Below are positions 56,946 through 64,000 of a DNA stretch of 64,000 nt, in pieces. Source of the DNA: a candidate division WWE3 bacterium (GTDB taxonomy: Bacteria > Patescibacteriota > WWE3 > UBA101185 > UBA10185); assembly GCA_012798115.1 (NCBI GenBank), contig JAAZNV010000006.1:155971-219970 (forward strand), in the 5' to 3' direction. The position numbers and the translations under genes were made by a program. The first letter of the stretch is position 1. Each line of letters opens with the position of its first letter. Under the pieces are notes generated by a model. The model made no database searches, had not been told where the DNA came from, and saw nothing but the letters and a program-made list of their open reading frames with translations.

Positions 56946-57644
56946 ATGGAAAAAACCGAACTTTTAAGTGTGAAAGAAATGAGCGAAATTGCTGAAAGAT
57001 CTGGAGAAAAAAGAGCTGAAAGAATAGGTGAATCTGTAGAAAAAGCGCTTGGAGGTATAAGGGAAAAAGCTTCTTCTATTGGTAAGAAAATTTTAGGGGC
57101 ACCTGAAGCTATACAAGCTCAAAGCGAAAAGATTGGAGCAAGAGTTTCGGATATTGTTAGAGATACATCTGATAAAGTAATTGATAGGTATAATAACTTT
57201 GTTGAAAGAACTACCGAGGCTAGGGATAGTTTTTTGGAAAGATGGAGGAGTAATAAAGAGAAAGCAATGGAAAAATCAGAGGCTCTTTGTGTGAGAGTTA
57301 CAAAGTTAGGGTTGTCTCCAGTGGCTTGGGTGGAAGAAAAAGTAAGTTTAGTATATGAAATTCCTGCAAAGATTCAAGAAAGAAAAGTTGCTGTTCAAAG
57401 TCAAAAGTTAAATGAGGAAAAGCTAAGGTCAGCTAAAACCATAGAGGAGTATGAAGGTTATATTAAGCAGTTGAGAGAAGAAATGAGAAATATAAAAGCT
57501 GCAGAGTTAGAAGAGGTAGAAGCGTCAAGTGGAATAAGAAGTGAAATAATAGCTGAAAGGAAAAAACATCAGTTAGAAGTTAAGAAGTATAGGGCTGCTA
57601 GAGATTCCTTTAGAAGGATAGGAAGGTTTATTGAAACTTTATAA
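56946..57644 (+). CDS. Hypothetical alpha-helical/coiled-coil protein
   Basis: 232-aa charged ORF. TTGACT-17-TGTAAT upstream (56884-56912). Confidence 0.75.
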   Translation: MEKTELLSVKEMSEIAERSGEKRAERIGESVEKALGGIREKASSIGKKILGAPEAIQAQSEKIGARVSDIVRDTSDKVIDRYNNFVERTTEARDSFLERWRSNKEKAMEKSEALCVRVTKLGLSPVAWVEEKVSLVYEIPAKIQERKVAVQSQKLNEEKLRSAKTIEEYEGYIKQLREEMRNIKAAELEEVEASSGIRSEIIAERKKHQLEVKKYRAARDSFRRIGRFIETL

Positions 57645-57694
57645 AAGTAAACTATAATGCGTAGTAATTTAAAGAAAAGGAGAACTAAAACTAA

Positions 57695-58009
57695 ATGGAT
57701 AAATTATTAGAACTCAAAAAAATGATTGAAGAATCTCCAGTGGATAGTGTCTACAAAGAAAAAGCACTTCAAATTGTTAATGATGCTGTGTCAAGAGGAA
57801 GTATTACCGAAGAAGAAAAGACCATGTTAAGGGAAATGATGTCTCTTGGGGAAGATATCTCAGAGTTCTTGGAGAATGAACATGCTAAGGCAGCAGATGC
57901 CTTGGGTTCTTATGTTCAAGGTCTTGATCAAACTGAAGTCGAAACATCTAACGACGTTGAGCAGGTGTTAAGTGAAGGTGAAAAGCAGCTGGATGATTTA
58001 ACTCCATAA
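57695..58009 (+). CDS. Hypothetical acidic protein
   Basis: SD AAGGAG upstream, terminator downstream. Confidence 0.75.
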   Translation: MDKLLELKKMIEESPVDSVYKEKALQIVNDAVSRGSITEEEKTMLREMMSLGEDISEFLENEHAKAADALGSYVQGLDQTEVETSNDVEQVLSEGEKQLDDLTP

Positions 58010-58041
58010 TGATGATCTTGTTTCGTTTTGTTAGTGTATTT

Positions 58042-58070
58042 AAACCCTGATTAGTTACTTCAGGGTTTTT
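58042..58070 (+). terminator. Intrinsic terminator
   Basis: AAACCCTGA...TCAGGGTTTTT. Confidence 0.75.
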
Positions 58071-58097
58071 GTTTTCGTAACAATAGGACTTATAGTG

Positions 58098-58126
58098 TTG
58101 ACAAAATGTTGATTTAGCATTATAAT
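58098..58126 (+). promoter_or_regulatory. Consensus sigma70 promoter TTGACA-17-TATAAT
   Basis: TTGACA at 58098-58103, TATAAT at 58121-58126. Confidence 0.85.
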
Positions 58127-58132
58127 CTACAT

Positions 58133-58320
58133 GTCTTTAAAAGAAAGAGAGTGCTACTAAAGGCTGTGTTCTCGGTCTTTTCTTGTTCTTTGACAATTTG
58201 TTGGAAGTCTCAGGCAGTTTGAATTTAAGTAGATTGAATTCAGATTGCCTGCGATTTCCATTGGCGGATGGATAAACGTAGAGTACCGTGCTCATATGGA
58301 TATATTCCTTCCAAGCACGT
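58133..58320 (+). ncRNA. Structured 5' leader or small RNA with boxA-like element
   Basis: Hairpin 58141-58184, TGTTCTTTGACAAT at 58184-58197, 26-bp G-U-containing hairpin 58202-58260, CGTGCT/AGCACG stem 58287-58319. Confidence 0.6.
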
Positions 58321-58352
58321 AAAAATAAAAGGTCTTGTACCTAAGGAGAAAA

Positions 58353-58937
58353 GTGAAAAAGAGTTTTGAGTGTACGTGGCTTGTTGGGGTTTTTAGTGTT
58401 GTTTTTGGGGAGGGGGTCTTGTTGGAGGCTTTGCTGTGGAGGAAGGGCTTAGACCCGGCGTCAATGATATTGGTTGTGGAGTTGTTTGTTTTAGCAGCAT
58501 GGTGTTTGTGGAAGGTGTTAAAAGTGGATAAGGGTCTTGTAAAACAGAAGCGGGAGTTTGATGAAGAAAATTTTAGAGCCCTAGAGTCAAGACTGTTCGA
58601 TGAAGCTCTAGAGGTGTACAAAACGCTGTTCAAAGGGCACAATCCCAACGCACCTGCCAAAAAGCTCCTTTGCACTCTCTGTGTTTCCATGTCTTTGAAG
58701 GAAAAACATGGGAATGAAGAGAGCTCAGTGATCTCGTTAGCAAACGAGATTTTACTTGGTATAAGGAATAATTCCTTCCCAGACTCAGATTGTGTGGAAG
58801 TAAAAGAAACTGACGATGGGATAGAGTTAAAAGCAGGGTTGTACTCTGTTACTAAAAAATATAATCAATATAGTAACAGTTTGGGTTCAGGTGCACGTAT
58901 TGTAGTGTATCCTAAACCTAGGTACAAAAAAAGTTAG
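58353..58937 (+). CDS. Hypothetical membrane protein (2 N-terminal TM helices)
   Basis: SD TAAGGAG at 58342-58348 before in-frame GTG 58353. Terminator follows. Confidence 0.65.
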   Translation: MKKSFECTWLVGVFSVVFGEGVLLEALLWRKGLDPASMILVVELFVLAAWCLWKVLKVDKGLVKQKREFDEENFRALESRLFDEALEVYKTLFKGHNPNAPAKKLLCTLCVSMSLKEKHGNEESSVISLANEILLGIRNNSFPDSDCVEVKETDDGIELKAGLYSVTKKYNQYSNSLGSGARIVVYPKPRYKKS

Positions 58938-58976
58938 TAGTATAGCAAAATTGAGCCGCCACTCAATTAAATATTT

Positions 58977-59013
58977 CGGACCATTGTTGTTTAAAACACC
59001 TTGGTCCGTTTTT
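58977..59013 (+). terminator. Intrinsic terminator
   Basis: CGGACCA...TGGTCCG followed by TTTTT. Confidence 0.7.
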
Positions 59014-59027
59014 ATTCTTTTATATAC

Positions 59028-59043
59028 CCAAATAAAACCCGTA
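59028..59043 (+). promoter_or_regulatory. Candidate SOS box upstream of uvrA
   Basis: CCAAATAAAACCCGTA, abutting -35 TAGACA (59042-59047) with -10 TACAAT (59066-59071). Confidence 0.5.
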
Positions 59044-59080
59044 GACAATCTATTGACTATTCTAGTACAATAGTTAAGTC

Positions 59081-62059
59081 ATGAAAGATGCTTTATCTCA
59101 CATCATAGTTAGAGGTGCTAGACAGCATAATTTAAAAAACGTTGATTTAGATATTCCTAAAAACAAAATGGTTGTTTTTACTGGCGTATCTGGATCTGGA
59201 AAATCTTCCCTTGCAATGGACACTATTTATGCAGAAGGGCAGAGAAGATATGTGGAAAGCTTATCTGCTTATGCAAGGCAATTTCTAGGTGTGATGGACA
59301 AACCAGATGTAGAGAAAATAGAAGGTTTGTCTCCAGCTATTGCCATAGACCAAAAAACAACATCCAAAAATCCAAGATCTACAGTAGGAACAATTACAGA
59401 AATATATGACTTCTTAAGACTTCTTTTTGCAAGAGTAGGACATCCTCATTGTCCAAACTGTGGTAGGGAGATACAAAGACAATCATCTGAAGAAATAACT
59501 CAAAAAGTGATGGAGTTGGTATCACAAGAGGCTGACTTCAAGACAGAAAGGGGAGTAAGATTTTTTATCTTTTCTCCTGTAATTAAAGATAGAAAAGGAG
59601 AATATTCAGCTTTATTTGAAAATCTTAAGAAACAAGGAATTATTAGAGCAAGAGTAGATGGTGATATTAGAGAACTTAGCGAGGAATTTCAGTTAATAAA
59701 AACAAATAAACATTCCATTGATGGTTTAATTGCCAGATATGTATTAAGTAGTAAGAAAATAAAAGATGAAAAAAGTAGAAAAGAGAACGAAAGCTTAATA
59801 TTTCAATCTATTGAGACAGCATTAAGACTTAGCAATGGTAGTGTAGTGATAACCATTGTTAAAGATAAAACATTTGACTTCAATGAAAATCCTAAAAATT
59901 TTAAAGATCATCTTTTTTCTGAAAATTTTGCATGCCCAGTTTGTAATATATCTCTTCCTGACATAGAACCTAGAACATTCTCGTTTAACTCTCCTCATGG
60001 AGCTTGCTTAGGGTGTGATGGAATAGGAACTCAGTTAAGAGTGGCAGAAGAATTGGTTATTAACCCTAGATTATCTGTAAATGAAGGAGGGGTTCTTCCG
60101 TGGACTAAGTTGTTTGAACACACCAGTTGGACTGGAAAAGTGGTAGAAGCAGTATCAAAAGAATATGGAATATCTTTAGATACACCAATTGGAGAGCTCA
60201 AAAAGGAATATAAAGATATCTTGATGTATGGAGTTAAAGAAAGAAGATTTAAGGTTACTTATATAGGCCAAGATGGTGCAAGAAGAAGTTTTGAAGCACA
60301 ATATGAAGGGGTAATTCCAAATCTTGCAAGAAGATATAAAGAAACCGAATCAGACTTTATTAGGAGCGAAATAGAAAAGTATATGATCAAGGAATTGTGT
60401 CCTGTGTGTAAAGGGGCACGATTAAAAAAAGAGTCTCTTTCTGTTGTTATTAATGAACAGCCTATTACTGAGATTACATCATTGTCTATAATAGATACTC
60501 AAGAATGGTGTAAGAAACTTCCTAATCTTTTAACAGATAGAGAAAATAAAATTGCTGGGACTCTTCTAAAAGAAATAAGTTACAGATTGAAGTTTCTTGT
60601 TGACGTAGGTCTTGGTTACTTGACGTTAAGTAGAGCATCATCAGAACTGTCTGGAGGAGAAGCTCAAAGGATAAGGTTGGCTTCTCAAATTGGATCAGGA
60701 TTATCTGGTGTTTTATACGTTCTTGATGAACCGTCTTTAGGGCTTCATCAGAGAGATCAAGGAAAACTAATAAAAACGCTTCATCAGCTAAGAGATCTTG
60801 GAAACACAGTTCTTGTAGTTGAACATGATGCAGAAACAATGCTTGAGAGTGACTATATCTTTGATTTTGGTCCAGGAGCTGGAGAACATGGCGGAAAGAT
60901 AATCGCAGAAGGTACACCAGAAGAGATTATGAAAGATCCCAATTCCTTGACCGGTAAATACTTGTCGAAAAAATTAATTGTAGGAAAGAATGGGACTTAT
61001 GAACCACTGAAGTTGGATGAACTCTTAGAAGAAGAAACAAACCACAAGATAAAAAAGAAAGTTGACGGAAGATTTTTAACACTAAAGAAAGCTTCAGGAA
61101 GGAACTTAAAGAATATTGATTTAAACATTCCTTTGGGAAAGTTTACATGTGTTACAGGAGTTTCAGGGTCTGGTAAATCTACTTTAATAATGGATACTCT
61201 TTATCTTGCTTTAAGACAAGAATTTGGCTTGAAAATTGAACAAAAACCTGAGCCTAATGAAGGATTAATGGGAGTTGAAAATATTTCAAATGTTATTGCT
61301 ATTGATCAAAGTCCCATTGGAAGAACTCCTAAATCCAACCCTGCTACATATACAAAAGTTTTTGATTTCATTAGAGATTTGTATTCACAAACTCAAGATG
61401 CAAGATTAAGAGGCTATAAACAAGGAAGATTTAGCTTTAATGTTAAAGGTGGTAGATGTGAAGCTTGTAGCGGAGAAGGACAAATAAAAATTGAAATGCA
61501 ATTCATGCCGGATGTTTATGTTACTTGTGAAGTATGTGGTGGTAAAAGGTACAATAGAGAAGCTTTAGAAATTGAGTATAAAGGCAAAAATATTGCTGAT
61601 GTGTTAGATATGACTGTAGAAGAAGGATTGAAGTTTTTTGAACACATTCCTCAGATTAGGAGGAAATTACAAACCTTATATGATGTGGGTCTTGGTTATA
61701 TAAAACTAGGTCAGCCTGCCCCAACTCTTTCTGGAGGAGAAGCTCAAAGGGTAAAGTTAGCGTTGGAATTATCAAAAAAATCTACAGGTAGTACCCTTTA
61801 TATATTAGATGAACCTACAACAGGTCTTCACTTTGCAGATTTGGAAAATTTAATTGCAATTTGTAAGAGATTAACTGCAAGAGGAAATACTATTGTTATG
61901 ATAGAACATAATCTTGATGTCATTAAAAACTGTGATTGGGTTATTGATCTTGGTCCTGATGGAGGAGAAAACGGGGGAATGATTCTTTTTGAAGGAACGC
62001 TTAAAGATTTAATGAATTGTAAACAATCATATACATCTCAGGCCTTAAAAGACTCGTAA
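59081..62059 (+). CDS. uvrA: Excinuclease ABC subunit A
   Basis: GARQHNLKNV, two GVSGSGKS Walker A motifs, two LSGGEAQR signatures, zinc fingers. Confidence 0.97.
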   Translation: MKDALSHIIVRGARQHNLKNVDLDIPKNKMVVFTGVSGSGKSSLAMDTIYAEGQRRYVESLSAYARQFLGVMDKPDVEKIEGLSPAIAIDQKTTSKNPRSTVGTITEIYDFLRLLFARVGHPHCPNCGREIQRQSSEEITQKVMELVSQEADFKTERGVRFFIFSPVIKDRKGEYSALFENLKKQGIIRARVDGDIRELSEEFQLIKTNKHSIDGLIARYVLSSKKIKDEKSRKENESLIFQSIETALRLSNGSVVITIVKDKTFDFNENPKNFKDHLFSENFACPVCNISLPDIEPRTFSFNSPHGACLGCDGIGTQLRVAEELVINPRLSVNEGGVLPWTKLFEHTSWTGKVVEAVSKEYGISLDTPIGELKKEYKDILMYGVKERRFKVTYIGQDGARRSFEAQYEGVIPNLARRYKETESDFIRSEIEKYMIKELCPVCKGARLKKESLSVVINEQPITEITSLSIIDTQEWCKKLPNLLTDRENKIAGTLLKEISYRLKFLVDVGLGYLTLSRASSELSGGEAQRIRLASQIGSGLSGVLYVLDEPSLGLHQRDQGKLIKTLHQLRDLGNTVLVVEHDAETMLESDYIFDFGPGAGEHGGKIIAEGTPEEIMKDPNSLTGKYLSKKLIVGKNGTYEPLKLDELLEEETNHKIKKKVDGRFLTLKKASGRNLKNIDLNIPLGKFTCVTGVSGSGKSTLIMDTLYLALRQEFGLKIEQKPEPNEGLMGVENISNVIAIDQSPIGRTPKSNPATYTKVFDFIRDLYSQTQDARLRGYKQGRFSFNVKGGRCEACSGEGQIKIEMQFMPDVYVTCEVCGGKRYNREALEIEYKGKNIADVLDMTVEEGLKFFEHIPQIRRKLQTLYDVGLGYIKLGQPAPTLSGGEAQRVKLALELSKKSTGSTLYILDEPTTGLHFADLENLIAICKRLTARGNTIVMIEHNLDVIKNCDWVIDLGPDGGENGGMILFEGTLKDLMNCKQSYTSQALKDS

Positions 62060-62066
62060 GAAAAAG

Positions 62067-62098
62067 AAAGCAGCTTACTTTAGTGAATAAGCTGCTTT
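62067..62098. terminator. Bidirectional terminator
   Basis: AAAGCAGCTTA...TAAGCTGCTTT between convergent genes. Confidence 0.75.
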
Positions 62099-62103
62099 AT
62101 ATA

Positions 62104-62412
62104 TTACAAAAATAAATCTTCACAATTGAACTCAATCCTTGGTTTTGAGTTGCACACCATAATAGTTCGTAATTGACTGTTCCACTTGACAAGAACCAAC
62201 TCATGTGAAGATGTTATCTTATGTACTAGATCCTCAATATTTATTTGCTCCTCAGGTTCTACAGAAAACTCAATTGCTTTTTGAGTACCTCCACAAATGT
62301 TAGACATCAACCTTATCTTATTTGAAATTCTCTTATTCATCTTGTTTTGCATGCGTTTTGATAGTAGTGGCTTTTTAGGTCTTTTACCCTTTTCCTCCTG
62401 ATGCTTTTTCAT
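62104..62412 (-). CDS. Small basic hypothetical protein
   Basis: SD-like GGGAGAGG before the ATG. Ends at the terminator. Confidence 0.6.
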   Translation of the reverse strand: MKKHQEEKGKRPKKPLLSKRMQNKMNKRISNKIRLMSNICGGTQKAIEFSVEPEEQINIEDLVHKITSSHELVLVKWNSQLRTIMVCNSKPRIEFNCEDLFL

Positions 62413-62466
62413 TTTCCTCTCCCATCTTGCTTGCTTTGTTCTTATTTTAACACTGTAGAAGTCCTT

Positions 62467-64000
62467 TTATAAAGATTCTAAACCTTGAGAGTATTTGTTA
62501 CCATTTATATCTTCAAAGTTTATTTCTTTTTGATTTCTTCTAATATATATGGTTGTTGAAGATTTAATTGGGAGTGTTTTGTCATTAAGTTTATATACAA
62601 ACACATCTCCAATGTTGGTAACTTTTACTTTTGAGTACCCTTTTAAAGTTCTTATTACGTTTAAGTTCAAGATCTTTTTGACTTCAATTTTTGGCTTAAA
62701 ATCATCTTCTACTATGCTTTGAGAAAGAGCTGATTCTATCAACTTTTCATTATCAGAAAATCTATATGCTCCTGCAGGAAATGGATACTCTGAACTTAAT
62801 CCTTTAACTACAAAACTAAAATGATTTGTATCCAGCTTTGTAAAATAGTCAATCCCTGATGTTGTGCCCCATGTTGGATCTACTTGGATCCACCCATAAT
62901 AAGGGTCATAAAATTCTGCCCATGCATGAAGTAAATCTCCACCCTTTAAATTTATAGATACAGGTTTATTGCTTTCTTCTGATGTAAAAGCATAACCATT
63001 TACTTCTCTTGCAGGTATACCCATTGCTCTTGCTGTGGCGATAAAAAGATCTGTAAATTCCATGCAAGTCCAACTTCCTTTTTGAGTTAATGCTGCTTCA
63101 GCTCCTTTTCTTTCTACTAATCCTTGTTCTGAGGCATTGAAATCATAAGTTAAATTTTGAGTAATAAATTGATAAATTTTTTGTGCATTTTTGATAACAT
63201 TTAAATTTTCATCCTTTAATTGTTGAGACAGCTTTTGAACATAAGGAGAGTTAACCTCCCAGTACTTTTGTTCTTTTGTATATTTATTAGCTAGATCTTT
63301 TGGTATTTCAGAAAAGCTCCTTCCAAAGTCAGGATTAATTTGCTTTCCAAATAACTTTGCAGTTCCCATTACTTCTATCCTTAATTCTTTAAGCGGTGGT
63401 GTGATATAAGTAGCAATTACATTTCCATCTTTATCTAGCTTGATGCGAAAAGGTTTAGGATTAATGCTTTTATAACTTACGCTTTGCATGCTAATTATAT
63501 CCGAAGGTAATGCAATCTCCTTTAACAAAGGCAAAATTGAAGAGTTTTTAAGTTGATACTTAAGTTTAAAATTTAATGGTTGGTATTCCCCAAAAGCAGC
63601 ACTAATACCGTTTGTTTTGAATATTTCTTTAGTAAAGTAAAAAGTGTTATTGCTTCCTTCTTTTTTTTCTATGACAGGAGTAGGGGATAAGTAAATTTTT
63701 GATCCAAATGATATGGGGATCAAAAGTTTAACATCATATTTTGTAGTAGTATCAGGTATTTGTATCTTTGGAACATATATATTCCAGATTTTTCCCGTCT
63801 TAGTTGCAATGTTTTTTGTTTTGTAGCTTAACTTAATTTCATTTTGTCTTCCTTCTCCAATTGCATAATTGCTTATTGTTACTGATATTAAAGTTTCGCC
63901 ATTTTTATCCTCTGTTCTTACTTGAGAGCTTTTATTATTTGTTTCTGCTTCAACATCGTAAATCTCAAGTTGTTTAGTGGCAAATGTATAAGTAGTTGGG
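62467..64000 (-). CDS. Transglutaminase-like domain protein (5' end outside window)
   Basis: Cys-His-Asp triad (WTCMEFTDL, HAWAE, VDPTWG). The frame stays open upstream of 63723 toward the window edge. Confidence 0.88.
   Translation of the reverse strand, partial: PTTYTFATKQLEIYDVEAETNNKSSQVRTEDKNGETLISVTISNYAIGEGRQNEIKLSYKTKNIATKTGKIWNIYVPKIQIPDTTTKYDVKLLIPISFGSKIYLSPTPVIEKKEGSNNTFYFTKEIFKTNGISAAFGEYQPLNFKLKYQLKNSSILPLLKEIALPSDIISMQSVSYKSINPKPFRIKLDKDGNVIATYITPPLKELRIEVMGTAKLFGKQINPDFGRSFSEIPKDLANKYTKEQKYWEVNSPYVQKLSQQLKDENLNVIKNAQKIYQFITQNLTYDFNASEQGLVERKGAEAALTQKGSWTCMEFTDLFIATARAMGIPAREVNGYAFTSEESNKPVSINLKGGDLLHAWAEFYDPYYGWIQVDPTWGTTSGIDYFTKLDTNHFSFVVKGLSSEYPFPAGAYRFSDNEKLIESALSQSIVEDDFKPKIEVKKILNLNVIRTLKGYSKVKVTNIGDVFVYKLNDKTLPIKSSTTIYIRRNQKEINFEDINGNKYSQGLESL

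Noticed and set aside
245-60917. Many short antisense or nested ORFs in the ORF track (e.g. 245-562, 15949-16293, 40689-41063, 58292-58690, 60522-60917)
   Set aside because: They are shadows of well-supported genes and lack start signals or motifs.
1-64000. Stop-codon reassignment (code 25) as in Gracilibacteria/Absconditabacteria
   Set aside because: TGA terminates intact genes (e.g. at 10620, 41136, 56887) and conserved proteins are full length under code 11.

Overview
AT-rich (~30-33% GC by eye), densely coded chromosomal window, standard code 11. Gene content points to a Patescibacteria/CPR organism (WWE3/Microgenomates-like): alpha2-type GlyRS, a 4-gene dcw remnant, DUF4012, many GT-C proteins and leaderless genes. 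This assignment is inferred, not tested. Bases 1-40.3 kb are a surface-glycan locus with 14 soluble GT2/GT-B glycosyltransferases, 4 SAM methyltransferases, a B12-type radical SAM enzyme, several GT-C membrane proteins (one an O-antigen-ligase/ArnT fusion), Wzx, RmlB/C/D, a phosphoglycosyl transferase and DUF4012. The locus is interrupted at ~20.0-22.8 kb by a minus-strand 4-gene insert. Bases 40.4-64 kb are housekeeping genes (recO, glyQS, mraZ-rsmH-ftsL-ftsI, a two-component pair, ppsA-eno, a DedA-phosphoglycerate mutase fusion, lexA, uvrB, uvrA, a transglutaminase-like gene) interspersed with orphan ORFs. Best candidates for undescribed biology: (1) a ~290-nt multi-branched RNA structure with a ~50% GC core inside the rsmH coding sequence; (2) cassette-like genes separated by repeated 28-bp 11-6-11 sites resembling tyrosine-recombinase targets; (3) a structured, boxA-containing RNA behind a perfect sigma70 promoter at 58.1 kb; (4) a candidate direct-repeat SOS box shared by lexA, uvrB and uvrA. 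No tRNA, rRNA, CRISPR array, transposase or integrase was seen. All family assignments come from reading motifs by eye, without database searches.
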